DNA of 62,815 nt, the filler included, from Octopus bimaculoides (taxonomy: Eukaryota): NCBI RefSeq assembly GCF_001194135.2. It is 5 parts of 5 records of this genome, joined end to end, with 100 filler letters (N's around TTAATTAATTAA, not from the genome) between each part and the next. Parts side by side here need not be neighbours in the genome. Positions count along the whole stretch, not along the records: positions 1 to 7,034 come from NC_068981.1; positions 7,135 to 20,742 come from NC_068994.1; 3 more parts are not named here. One strand, 5' to 3'. The position numbers and the translations under genes are program-made. The notes beneath the pieces are model-generated. The model was not told the DNA's origin and ran no database searches. It saw nothing but the letters and a program-made list of their open reading frames with translations. Shown here in pieces: positions 1-12,269 of this stretch; positions within the stretch are counted from its first letter, which is position 1, and every line of letters begins with the position of its first letter.

Positions 1-1089
1 ATATATATATATATATATACATACACCCCACCCCACGCAGTTGAAATCTTTTGTGTAGTGAGCTTTATGCACGTTTTTCAACAATATAACCAAGAAATTG
101 GAAAGCACTTATTTGTGTGCTTTGAAAATGGAAAACCCAGAAGTAAAAGTAGACATAATGTCTATAACGACTAAATAGTATAGCCATTTGTGCAACACAA
201 GCGATTTTAGTTTTAATGAATGTCCATTATTTTGCTCTGGAAATTTAATAACTGAGCACCATCTTGATTTTAGATTAAGATCTAGAGGCAATAATGAAGT
301 CTTATTTGGAGTGTGTTTCAGACTTTGGATTTTTTTTTTAATAGATTACATCAATGCACAGAAATACTTGAATTTGAATCATCTTTTGATATGCTTATTG
401 CAAATTTATTCCTGAAAGAAAATAAATTATTAGTATAAAAAATCATTAGAATAAATACATCAGTATTACTGTTGGCTTTTGTTCAATAAATAATTGAATT
501 GGTATAAATAAATATTGTTAAATTGAAATAACGTTTATTGTTTTATATATTTTTAGCTCTTAATTGACTGTACGATCACGACAGAAAGAAAGAAAAATTT
601 ATCATTACAGTAATAATTATAAATTATAATATCCATGTCATTATTGTCTTTTGTCTCCCAGAGGATAAATTAAAATACTATAGTTCTTTCCTTTCTTTTA
701 AAAGTGCTCTTGCTACTTTGGTACAATCTTTAAAAAATTAAGTATACGTGTTGGCTTTGTAATTGGCCTGCATATTAAATGACGAGTAATATACACGCAC
801 ACTATGAAGTTCATAATCATTACTTGAAAATAAAATTACAATTTAGCTTTCAGAGAGAAGAAAAATTATACATTATTCCTGTATTCATCGTGTGGTTTGA
901 TGTGTATTAACTACATACATATAATAGTATATGGCCAATTATCTTAATTCTCATTAAACTCAATACAAATATAAAAATATAAAAACGTAAAATTCTGTTT
1001 CTTTTTCATCACTTGCAGTATAATTCATAATTTTTTTTAATGTAAATATTAACACATTTTCAATAAAAATCTTCAAATATTAGTTAGGA

Positions 1090-1910
1090 TGACGCTGCAT
1101 ACTTTTTTTCAAGGGTAGTTTGTCTACGCTGTAGGTGATGGATTTATTAAGTATTGCCGTAACTTTGTAATGATTGTCTTTTTGCATGTGTTGTGTGCGT
1201 TGTAGAGATATAAGTAATTCCTTCTTTAGGTCTTCAGCGCATAGCGTTTGTAGTAACTGAATGTTAATGTTTATCAGTCTCTGGTGAGTTAGGATCGAGC
1301 CGAGCTTCGGTAAAAAACATTGAAGCCTGTGATTATCCTGATTTTTTTTTTTTTTTTTATCGGGATCTTTTACTAAAACTGTAGAAGGTTATTATTTTGA
1401 GGCTCATTCAGCTGCTATTTCTGATAGGTTAAATGGATGTGTTCACGTTCCCTCATCGACTAATACCATTCTGTTTAAAATATTAGTTATATGTGTTTGA
1501 TATTGTTTAATGCTGCTAGTAAGAAAAGAATGGATGGCCACTGGCGGGTGATGCAGATTTAATTGCTGTGTAGCGATATCTGAAATATTAAGACGGGATG
1601 AGCGAGATGTCATTTGCTATGAAGTGGTCTGTAGTTCTTTTGTGCAGGCATGCGAAGGTCGAGTAGGTTTGAATCAAAGTAAATTAGTGTGAAGAAGGAT
1701 CGTTGTGGTCGTCATTTCAAAAATTAAAGATTTAAGATTTTCGTTATTGTGCATAGACTTGACGACCGGGAAAATGATTCATTATGAATGTGACTAGTAT
1801 TTTATGTATAAATAGAGAGAGGGGAGTGAAATCTAAGGTGTTGATTATGTTGGTAATTAGTTTGCTACGTGTAAGCTTTTACATTCTCATTGAAGCTGCC
1901 ATATATTCTT
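1090..1910 (-). mobile_element. Possible highly decayed LINE ORF2 remnant (APE endonuclease-like segment)
   Basis: Minus-strand broken frames give TYSTF...TTDHFIAND, loosely resembling the C-terminal T(F/Y)...IDH motif of APE endonucleases. Many stops; weak support. Confidence 0.25.
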
Positions 1911-2171
1911 TGTCTTAAGTGTGTATAAACGCAAGCGCTTGTGTGTGATTAAGGGAGCACAAGTCCGTCGGAACTAATCACACAAAGGTTTTTTTTAAAT
2001 GTTACCTGCTTCGGATGTAATGATTCAAGAAAGAACTATATCTAAAGGTCAGTATAGATTTTAACAATAAGAAATTCTATGCAACTAATTATGTCAGGGT
2101 TTTAAGTTGTCGGTGGGTAAAGATATTACACATCTGGTCAGAGATGCAACAGCCGTATTTTATTATTTCAT

Positions 2172-2228
2172 TGTTAGGGTATGTGACCCTAACAATTTTA
2201 TAGGGTGTGTGACCCTAACAGTTTTATA
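2172..2228. repeat. Short tandem duplication (~26 bp) containing a 9-bp-arm hairpin
   Basis: TAGGGTATGTGACCCTAACAATTTTA followed by TAGGGTGTGTGACCCTAACAGTTTTATA; TGTTAGGGT/ACCCTAACA is a perfect inverted repeat. Confidence 0.8.
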
Positions 2229-3250
2229 AAGTCTAAAAGTCTTCAAAATTTTATGTTAGAAAGAAATTTTTATCGAGTGCCTATTAAACGGCATTGTCTT
2301 TCGTTTTCTGAATACACATTTTCCCTTTTGAACGATTGTTTTATTTGAGGTTGATATGTTTATTCATGATCTTCAAATTCTATAAGTAACTGGGAAGTGA
2401 TGCGTTTTTTTTTTCTCTATGTCGTTTTTGTAATGCATGAGTATGTATAAATATGTAGTGGGCTTTAGACAAATTAAAGATGATATCAGTGTTTCATAGG
2501 CAGTTTGAATATAGACTTTTGTGTGATGCAACGTAGATTTTTAATTAGTGAAAATAATCCTGCAAGCTCATTAATTTCTTCAGAATTGTTTACATATATG
2601 GTAACAACGAGGACGTTAAAGGAATTTTAAATCCAACTACATTTATTATAGTTCACATTATTACTGCATGTAAAATTTTGTGTATTTGGGAATCTGTAAT
2701 GTTCGGAAATTTTCAAGAAAATTTGAGGATATTCATATATAGTATTTACTAATAGAAGTGCAGAAATCTTTATACCTAATTTTATAGTTATATATAATTA
2801 TTTGGATTATATCTACTTATAGAAAATTAATGATGTGATTTTTGGAGAGAGATTTAAAATATTCTCCTACAAATGAAGTATAAAACCACACTAAAAGTGA
2901 TATCACTTTAAGTTTTGATAAAATATTATCCTATGAGTGTTTAGTTATTTTCATTATGTTAAGTCATGAAAGGGCTCGATTATATGAGAAATGTGAAGAA
3001 CAATCAATATTTTATTCTTGTTTATTAATCTTCTTTAGATATTCCAATTTAGTTAATTTAACTTTTCTACATAGAAGAAATGAGAATAAAGCTTGTATAG
3101 TAAAGAATTTTCCTTTTGTCTAATGCTAGTATGTTGATATAGTTTGAATATTAGATATTGCATATTTTGGTGTTGAATTTGCCTGGAAGTTATAATTTAA
3201 GATTTTTGATTAATGAAAATCAATCTTCTTCAAAAGATAGTAATTACTTA

Positions 3251-3539
3251 TTATCCGGTAGGCAACTCATTCGATTTTAATCTACATTTAAATTTATCAT
3301 CTGCATTTTCTCCTTTGTTGTCGAAGAAAAATGCGCAACACTTCCATCTTTTTATGCAATAGACGGGTTTCTGAATTAGAAACTCAAAGTAAATATCCTT
3401 GGAAGGATTTAACGTTCTTGTTCTACCATTTTTATTATTGGAATTAAAAATGGACTGTACAGAGTAGAAGGTTAGTCTTACAACGAGCTTGCCTATGAGG
3501 CAAAGATGGCCAGAAATTAAAGAGAAAATATTCGACACT
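3251..3539 (-). CDS. Candidate orphan terminal exon, product unknown
   Basis: Open 95-codon frame in non-microsatellite sequence, preceded on the minus strand by CTAAC and CTCTTCTCATGCAG (branch point/acceptor-like). No recognisable domain. Confidence 0.2.
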
Positions 3540-5139
3540 GCATGAGAAGAGCCTTAGATATTAATTTTTTATGTAAGTTAGCAATATTATGCATTTGTTT
3601 CAACTTCCTGTGAATTTTCCGAACTCATTGACAAAACAGCTTGCTGGATTGTTATGATATGTTGTGAAAAAATAAGACAAGGAAGAAAAGAAAAAAGAAG
3701 GAAATCAACGAAAGAATACAAGTTTATAAACGGAGTCAGCAAATTTTGAAAATGCTTTACAATTTAATTCCATGTTTCGATAACGTATAATATTATAAGG
3801 ATCAGACATGGGCTTAGATTTAAAGAACGAGAGAAAATATTTGAGAAGCGTTAAATTCTGCATAAGAATAGCTGCTAAAAGTATGTAGGTCAGCTAATGA
3901 TTTGAATATAAGGAATTAGTTTTGAGCTTAAAGAGGAGAAATAACATCTTTTTTGAAGTTACAGATATGAATGTTATTTCTGTAAGTTAATGTTTTGGGT
4001 GATAAAAACAGAAGTTTATTGAGGGTTAACAGAGTGAGTGAGTTTTGGGGTTAGACAATTTAGCTATCTTAATAAATTGCAAAAATGTGAAAGAATACAA
4101 TATTATGCTTCGCTGGTAAAACTATTGAATTCAAGAAGTTCTCTGTTGACTAATTGAAATGAAATCTAATTAGTAGAAATAAGAGAAAAATCATGTTAAT
4201 CATTGAACAAAAGCTAAAATGGGTTTGTAGTTATCTTAATAAGATTAGAATAGCTAATCATGTTATGTATTATGATGGGATCGATTAGATTTAATACATG
4301 TACGTATACATTAAATCAAAAATATTAAAACGGATCTATTAATGGGAAGACTAAGATAATTTTTGAATTAGTAAAAGATGAAAGATATATACTTGGAAAC
4401 ATACATGGGTTGAAAAATGAAGGAAAAGCAAAATGTTTTGAAAAGTAAAAAGGAAGGTCATAACTGTCCCTTCTTTTTTTTTTCTATAAATAACTACATA
4501 CATCCCCTCCATGAAAGAATTCTTGAGATTTTTCTCGTAATATCTGTCTTATCACTCATTGATTCTATGCTTTAAATTGAAAAGCATTCCAACAGAATTT
4601 TTTCGAAAACATATTTAAGAAAAGACAATGCAACCACTTTTAGGAATAGGAATATCAATATTAAACATTTGCATTACATTATGTGTATATATTACAAACA
4701 TTTGAAAAGAAATATAAGAAATGAATACGAAATCAGTAATATCGTAATACGATAGATACTCAGCGCTAATGTTGTTGACCCTTGTATAACAGGTGGTGGT
4801 GCAATAGGAGTTACTGAGAGGTAAAAGATCTCTATCTTGCGCGCTTTAGATTATAATCTGCAATGTTATTCGATGTTTACGTCACACCTTTTCTCTATAC
4901 AAATATATAAAAACACTACCCTCATTATTATATTAGAAGATGAATCATGAATACTCTATTATCATACTAATGCACACATCAATGGACAAAAACGTGGAAT
5001 GCAAGTGTGAGCATTGAAGAGTAAGTTGAAAGTTTTGCATGATGATTTGCCGAGAGTGGAAGAAGTAACTTCTGATTCATGTTTTGTTTTCGATTATAAA
5101 GACTGGCTTCAGAAACATATTAATATGATGTGCCGTTAT

Positions 5140-5545
5140 GTATCCTAGAAACTGAAGAAAATTGTTATTGGACGAGGTTTTACAGCAGTACAAGTGTGCA
5201 ATGTTGATGAAACAGCTTTTCGGGAAGCGGATACCTGCTACGACTTGTAATTCTTATGAAGAAAAATCAACACCGGCCTTTAATGCTTCAAAAATCGTCT
5301 AGTGTTTCTTATAGAAGAAAATGCTGCTACTGATACGAAATCAAAGCACCTACATTTGTCCCAAAATACATGCATTTCCAAGAGTTGTTATTTGGCATTC
5401 AAATAACTTGGATGACTAAGAGTCTTTTCCCAAACTGCTTAGCAATATTGTTTTGCCTTGTTGTAGAAAGTTACTGTGTTAGGTGAAATATTATTTCTAA
5501 CAAAACATTGAGCAGTTTGGGCAATGCACCCAGTCAGTTAGAAAG
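5140..5545 (+). mobile_element. Tigger/pogo DDE transposase remnant
   Basis: Translates (with frameshifts) to KLKKIVIGRGFTAVQVCNVDETAF..KRIPATTCNSYEEKSTPAFNASK..ENAATD, then WMTKSLF and GNAPSQ. This matches the Tigger consensus ..QVFNADETGLFWKRMP..EKSAPGFKASKDR..GNA.GD / WMT / LDNAPSH. Confidence 0.85.
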
Positions 5546-5992
5546 CTTATATGATATTACTTATAATTTGAGAGTAAAATATATCCCCCAAGGTCACAGG
5601 TTGTTTGCCCTAATCAATTGTATTCACGACTTTGTAGGTTTTCCACTGATAGAAAAAATCTACATTAAATCTACAGGTAAATGATGTAGGGTTTAAAATA
5701 ATTATTAGTGTTATTAATGTTTCGAGTTATTAGTGTGACATAAAGAAAATTTGTTGAAAGAGGAGCTGATGATGTTAGGATAAAAGCAAGCAACAGGACC
5801 AGAAGTGAGTGTAGAAGTCCCACCCAGGCGATTTCAGTTGACTGCTTGCTAAGAATATGGGTTGAGAGTTAGCTTTTACGGAAGGAAGTTAACAAGTCTT
5901 TGCTGATAACGATTCTAATAATGAATGTAACATAAAGAGATGAAGTCATAATGAGCTGACATGTTAAATCTAATATTCTTTTCTACCCCATG

Positions 5993-6190
5993 CACAAGGC
6001 CCGAAATTTTGGGGGAGTGGACCAGTCGATTAGATCGACCCAGTACGCAACTGGTACTTAATTTATCGACCCCGAAAGGATGAAAGGCAAAGTCGACCTC
6101 GGTGGAATTTGAACTCAGAACGTAAAGAGAAACGAAATACCGCTAAGCATTTCGCCCGGTGTACTAACTTTCTGCTTGCTCGCCGCCTTG
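5993..6190 (-). mobile_element. tRNA-derived SINE (family A)
   Basis: Reverse complement reads AAGGCGGCGAG..GTTCTGAGTTCAAATTCC (B-box)..CTTTCATCCTTTCGGGGTCGATAAATTAAGTACCAGT; the same body recurs at 7245, 37322, 46140, 53075, 54844 and 61980. Confidence 0.9.
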
Positions 6191-6704
6191 ATAAATCTAC
6201 TATTAACGGTGAAATCTAGTCCAAACAAAAACAGTTCAATCTGAGGAATGCAGTGGTGTTCAGCGTGGACAAAAATGTATTCGCCGTATTACTTCTGAGG
6301 TAAGAATGAAAATGAGAAAATGAAAGAGATGGGAATATGAAGGGAAAAGAAGTCCTACTTCATTAAAATTAGTCAGCTGAAACTGTGCCCCTATGTTTAG
6401 CCCCTTGTGGGCAATAAAGAAATATGAAACTGTGTTTATACAAATATGATTAATGGTGCCAGGAAGGGAGGGGCTACATGCTGAGATCAATGAAAAACAA
6501 TGACAGTGAATTGGTCCACGCACATACAAGATCAGGTGGAAATGGGATCGCAAATGTACTGGTAAAAGTAATACGGTCATAAAATCGCTGAAGAGTTCGT
6601 TAAGAGGTTCGTGGATCGAAATTAGTGATCATACTTTACATATTCGTAAGTTAAGAATTCTGTAATATGAGCTTATAAAGATATATATATATCGCCATGA
6701 TAGA

Positions 6705-6985
6705 TCGCTGACCACTACATTTATTTTTTTTTCTCCTTGTTTTTCTCCTTATTTCTTTCTGTTGAAGAGCGTAGCTCGAAACGTATATATATATGGGAGA
6801 ATATACAAATAATAACAACAGACGAGGACAGGTGGTGTAAATAACAAAAGTATATATTAGTATGACGCTCGGGAATACGGAAAGTCTTTGACGTTTCGAG
6901 CTACGCTCTTCAACAGAAAGAATACGGAGACAAGGAGAAAAACACGGAGAAAAAAAATTGAATAGTGTTCAGTCAACGGTCAATC
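6705..6985. mobile_element. Penelope-like-element terminal (pLTR-type) inverted duplication
   Basis: Perfect 32-bp inverted repeat 6753-6784 / 6891-6922 within longer imperfect arms; each arm carries a hammerhead-like core. Confidence 0.65.
6885..6921 (-). ncRNA. Minimal type-I hammerhead ribozyme-like motif (A6U variant)
   Basis: TCTTT CTGTTGA A GAGC-GTA-GCTC GAAA CG TC AAAGA: 5-bp helix I, 4-bp helix II, palindromic ACGT helix III, GUC cleavage triplet. Confidence 0.55.
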
Positions 6986-7034
6986 ATAATAATGGCCGAT
7001 CATAACAATGGCTGACCGGAAGTTAGAAATTCTT

Positions 7035-7134
7035 NNNNNNNNNNNNNNNNNNNNNNNNNNNNNNNNNNNNNNNNNNNNTTAATTAATTAANNNNNNNNNN
7101 NNNNNNNNNNNNNNNNNNNNNNNNNNNNNNNNNN
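7035..7134. other. Artificial scaffold linker N44-TTAATTAATTAA-N44
   Basis: Exactly 100 bp; palindromic 12-mer with stops in all six frames; identical at four places in the window. Confidence 0.95.
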
Positions 7135-7244
7135 ATTTGGATATTCCCTAACTATAACAGTTCAAAATATAAAATTTTAATTTAAGGTGGGGGTGGGTGG
7201 GTTTTTTTTTCTTTTCTTTTTTTAAATTATTTTTATCATTATTA

Positions 7245-7490
7245 TTAAGGTGGTGACCTGATAGACTTGTTAGCACAAGGGGTGAGTGGTATTTTGTCTG
7301 TCACTATGTTCTGAGCTCAAATTCCGCCAAGGTCAACTTAGCCTTTCATCCTTCCGGAGTCGATGAATTAAGTACCAGTGAAAAACTGGGGTCGATGTAA
7401 TTGACACATCCCCTCCCCTGAAATGGCTGCCCTTGTGGCAAAATTTGAAACCATTATTATTATTATCATTATTATTATTATTATTATTGC
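7245..7490 (+). mobile_element. tRNA-derived SINE (family A) with (ATT)n tail
   Basis: GTTCTGAGCTCAAATTCC B-box, CCTTTCATCCTTCCGGAGTCGATGAATTAAGTACCAG body, ATT-repeat tail. Confidence 0.85.
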
Positions 7491-8069
7491 TTCACCAGCA
7501 GGAATATACACATTCTCAGTGGATGTGTTTCACTTTTATATGAATACTTCTAAGCACTGTATAGATGTATGTGTGCGCATTTGGCTCTGTGTGCACACGC
7601 GCGTGTGTATTTGTGTGGAAATTTCTAAATGTAAAATGAAAAAAAGGTTTTAATAAATGAACAAATCTCATTGAAAATTATAACAATCAATGTAAAGAGA
7701 CAAACGCAAGAAAAAAATAGTATAATTAAAAAAATGAGAAAATTAAATGAAAATTAATGACAAAAATGATGATGATAATAATAATAATAAAAGTTGGAAA
7801 AAATTTTTTTTTTTTTTTTTGCCATTTTTGTTATATTTAAATGAAATGTTATTTCAAATCTTGCAAACATTAACTACCTTTATCCTACTCTGTGCTGTGC
7901 CTTTAATTTATGAATGTTTTTTTTTACAACCTGCAGGGAAATGGAGTTCAGGAATAATAAATTAGTAGGTCAATGGGCTGACAGACTTGGTTGATCATTG
8001 ACACAATCTGAGCTTAAAATCTTACCCAGCTTAACTTGACTGTTTCATGCATTGACCCATGTTCGCATA

Positions 8070-8161
8070 GTGCTTTTTACGTGCCACCTGCACAAGGAGC
8101 CAGTCAGGCAACACTGGCATCGCCTGACTGGCTCCCTGTGTAGGTGGCACATAAAAAGCAC
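8070..8161. repeat. 40-bp-arm hairpin (MITE-like)
   Basis: Arms 8070-8109 and 8122-8161 are complementary at 37/40 positions; 12-nt loop. Confidence 0.9.
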
Positions 8162-8169
8162 CATCACAC

Positions 8170-8204
<35 letters not shown>

Positions 8205-8655
8205 TATTTATTTACACAAATATACATGTACTCATATATGTACTCACCAGGCACGTACCATCAGTAATTAGCAAAATACAGGTACAAGAATTAGTTGGAG
8301 GTAGATTTACTTCTGCCTTCATAACACATAAAGAAACCATTGTTGTAAGAATGTATGCAGCACGTGTACTACAGTAATACTATGCATAGCTTTAATACTG
8401 AGATTGAAAGGCAGGGGCGAATTATGCCTACCTAATCTACAAAAAAATAATATATTTTGTATTTGATGCAGAGTAATCAGAGTAACCTTCATAGATTTAT
8501 TGAATTAGGTGCATATTTTGCCATAAAAGGAAAATGTTATTATCGATCTATTTCATTCAGGGTATGCACTGCCTACGTTGCCTACCCAGGCGGCACGTCC
8601 CTGGTATTCAGACACTAACACACACACATTTATATATATATATATATATATATAT

Positions 8656-8870
8656 CATCATCATCATCATCGTTTAACGTCCGCTTTCCATGCTAGCATG
8701 GGTTGGACGATTTGACTGAGGACTGGTGAAACCGGATGGCAACANNNNNNNNNNTTTCCATGCTAGCATGGGTTGGACGATTTGACTGAGGACTGGTGAA
8801 ACCGGATGGCAACACCAGGCTCCAATCTAATTTGGCAGAGTTTCTACAGCTGGATGCCCTTTCTAACGCC
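8656..8870 (-). mobile_element. Young RTE-type 3' terminal fragment with (GAT)n tail
   Basis: Reverse complement ends CCATGCTAGCATGGAAAGCGGACGTTAAACGATGATGATG; near-identical copy at 14399-14545. 8685-8744 is duplicated across the 10-N gap. Confidence 0.8.
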
Positions 8871-9135
8871 TGGTGGTTGTCTACTCCTTATGCAGAGCTT
8901 GACCACTTCCAGTACCTACACCTTAGAACCATCATGGCATCTGTTGTGGCTTTTTAAAACCAGACAAGGTTTTGAAAAGACACCCACATAGATTGCATGT
9001 TCAACTTGGACCACCAAGAGCTGCAGTTAAGTTCTGATCTTTGTGGATCTTAAAATGTCTTTTGAGGCTTCTGTTAAATTTGCAGACCTGGCATACATTG
9101 CACTGGAAGGTGTGCACAGACATAGGTAGAACATA
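8870..9135 (-). mobile_element. LINE (probably RTE) 3' end encoding two degenerate C2H2 zinc fingers
   Basis: FQCNVCQVCKFNRSLKRHFKIH, then after a stop TCNLCGCLFKTLSGFK/(frameshift)SHNRCH, stop at 8916, short 3' UTR ending GACAACCACCA. Confidence 0.6.
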
Positions 9136-10625
9136 TGTATATATAGTACGATTTATTCACAATCAGAGTTGTTCGAAAATCGAGGTGCTGCTATATACAT
9201 ATGTATAATATAATATAGGTGTTTATGTTTTGTATCTTGGGTGGGTTATTTTGCCAATGGTAAACGCATGCACTAGTTTTATTTTATTTGTTTTATTATT
9301 ATTAGTCAATTCTTTAACATGTAATCAATTAATCCTTCTATCACTCAGTCATGTTATTGATGAGGTTGCACATTGTAGCAAAAGGACTTTGGACATATCT
9401 AGATTATTGATTGATTGACTAATAATAATAATAGATCAAGTGAAATAGAACCAGTGCATGTGTTTATTGGCATAATGACCCGCCCAAGATACAACAAAAA
9501 TTTGTTTCAACACAAGTTCACATAAAAAATCTTACAAAAATGACATGTATATATGAGTGCATGTGTACACACACACACACACATACACACATGCAAAAAA
9601 TTTCATCTGACCCATGCAAGCTTGAAAAAGTAGAAGTTAAATGAAGATAATATACACTCATGCTTATGTGTGTGTGTGTGTGTGTATAGACCGTTGAAAA
9701 TTTTTGTTTTTCATGTGTCATGTATATATTGGTGTATACACATAAATCATATTGGTATATATATATGTGTGTGTGGGCGTTACACACATGTGTAATGTAT
9801 ATATATATATATATATATGCATTACACATGTATCATTGGTGGTATAATTGAATCGGGTGTTAATGACATCGGTGGGTTTTTTTTTTTCCCTGTTTCCAAA
9901 ACACATATTTGTGTACATGTGTTAAAAAAGCAATCTGCCATTCAATGGTTATATCTAATCATAAAATGCCAGTTTAACATATTCAGGTTTACCTTATTTT
10001 TTGAAGTGAAAAATATCAGCATCTTACCCAGTTTTTGTGTTTTTTTTTTTTTTTTTTTTTTTTTTGCCTTTATCATTTCCAGGGTTTGCAATGCAAGACA
10101 AAAGAACCAATTTTCATTTGTTTTACCCCATCGTTTCCCAATTCCATGTCCTAATTCTACTACTAAAACGAGAGGCAGTTTATACTGTATACAGATATAT
10201 GTAAAGTGGTCCCGTCAACTTGGCAGGGAGATAAATGCATTTTAAGAATAGTTGGGCTGTTAAGACGTTGTGCTATTAATTATAATATATGGTCATAAAT
10301 TCAAATATATCTACAACTTCTCAGTTTTCACTTAAAATTTTTTTTTTTTTTTTTTACCTGATTGATAAAAATTTAATGAAACAGGTGGCTATTATTACTT
10401 CTACAAAGTTGAATGTTTAGTTGATAAAAAGGACCACTTTGTGTAAAATCAATTTTGCTTTTATATTAAAGAATGTAAAACAATAAAAAATCTCACTGCA
10501 ATAATCAATGTACTGTTATGTGTGTTCATGTTTGCTTGTTTGTTGTACATCTGTTTTTCCATGTTAGCATGTGTGTGTTGTGTATGCATGTTTGGGGGGA
10601 AAGAAAAAGAAATCTCTTAAGGCAC

Positions 10626-10669
<44 letters not shown>

Positions 10670-11039
10670 GCTGATCTTTCAAAAAAAAAAAAAACCGAGA
10701 AAGGACGCTGGTCTGTGAGAAAAGCAGAACAAGAAAACAAAAGGAAAGGAAAGAAAACCAAGAGTTGCGTCCCCTTTGTTGAAATCTTAATCTAACAAAC
10801 GTCTGCTAATTCAAAAAGGAAGGAGGCCAAAGTGTGAAACAACATGCTCAATCTTGAGATTAGTTTCTTTTTCTGCCTTCCCTCATTCCACCTTTTGCTT
10901 TCACCTTTCTCTCACTTTTTCTTGTGCTTTCTCATAGACCAATGTTCTTTTGTCAGTTTTTCAAATAAGACCAACTACAGCCATGCTGGGGGCACCGCCT
11001 TGAAGGATTTTAGTCACATGAATCAATCCCAGAATTTTT

Positions 11040-11155
11040 AAGTCTGGTATTTATTCTATCAGTCTCCTTTGCTGAACCACTAGTTTACATAATGTCAAAG
11101 GTCTTGGTCATTGCCTCTGTAAGGCCCAACACTTGAAAGGTACTCAGCCACTTTG
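11040..11155 (-). mobile_element. SINE fragment (family B)
   Basis: TTCTATCAGTCTCCTTTGCTGAACCACTAG matches the family-B body seen at 20385-20670. Confidence 0.5.
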
Positions 11156-11179
11156 CCATATATATGTATATATATATAT

Positions 11180-11258
<79 letters not shown>

Positions 11259-11324
11259 TATATATATATACATACACACACATATATATATATACACCCA
11301 TATATATATATAATGTATGTATGT

Positions 11325-11730
11325 AGGTGCAGGTGTAGCTGTTTGGTTAAGAAGCTTGCTTTCCAACCATGTGGCCTTGGTTTCAGTCCCACTCTACAGC
11401 ACCTTGGGCAAGTATTTACTCTTATAATGCTGGTCAGATCAAAGCTTAGTGAGTGGATGGAAACTGAAAGGAACCCTTCATGTACATGTGTGTGTGTAAC
11501 TTTGTCTTGACATCATAGGACTGTTATAAATGAGTACCTCTATCACATAAGCGGAGTCCCTCATTTCCCATTGTCCATCAAAACATGATTGCTCATGGGG
11601 ATCTGTTATCTTGCTTCAGGACAGGTTAGGATTTGCAATAGAAAGGGCATCCAGTTATAGAAAAATTTGCCTTAATGAATTCCATCTCACCCATACAAGC
11701 CTGGAAAAGTGGATGTTAAATGATGTCGAT
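11325..11730 (+). mobile_element. tRNA-derived SINE (family B) ending in an RTE-like 3' tail
   Basis: Head GTAGCTGTTTGGTTAAGAAGCTTGCTTTCCAACCATG..; tail GAAAGGGCATCCAG..TGGAAAAGTGGATGTTAAATGATG, homologous to the RTE 3' end at 8656. Confidence 0.7.
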
Positions 11731-12269
11731 GATGAATGTCAACAGAGATTTCTTTTTCTTTTCCTTACCATTTTACTTGGTTCTTCCTAGGTTTCTACCT
11801 AATTGGTCTGTGCCATACATTCCTACTAATTTCTCTTTGGCAGATTTTACCCATTTGTTTTCCTCGTGGCTTCCACTACTTCATTATCCTTGGACTCACT
11901 GGATTTTCTACCAGTTATGTACTTCTAAAACATTTTTTTTTCTTCCTTTCATAAGAAAACACTTTACCGTCTGTGTGTGCTCACATCTGTCACATTCCTC
12001 TGGCCTTTCCATGTGCATCACCTAACTTCATTTCTTTTATCAGTTCCTCACCATACTAAAGACATTTCTTCCAACCTCCTTGGACTTTCTGCCAGTGTTA
12101 TGTAATTTATATATATATAAGGCTACTTCATGCTCTTCTTACCCCCCTATCTTTACTGGCCCTTAATTGGATGCTGCATGGAAGGGAGCAAAAAATTATA
12201 CTTCATTGAATCAAATTCACAATGTACATTACATTACCTTCCTGTTGTCCTTCTCAAGTATACAATTTT

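Larger units (their letters stand above)
8410..9490. repeat. Copy A of a diverged local duplication (paralog at 13825-15140)
   Basis: Shares a 42-bp identical run (TTATTGAATTAGGTGCATATTTTGCCATAAAAGGAAAATGTT) and a second collinear block (CATGTTATTGA.GAGGT..AAGTGAAAT.GAACCAGTGCATGTGTT) with 13825-15140. Confidence 0.75.

Noticed and set aside
109-415. Two short overlapping ORFs
   Set aside because: No recognisable motif or splice context.
10060-10450. Polypyrimidine/AG and GT pairs suggesting small exons on both strands
   Set aside because: Poly-T tracts generate such signals by chance; the translations are uninformative and not phase-consistent with neighbours.
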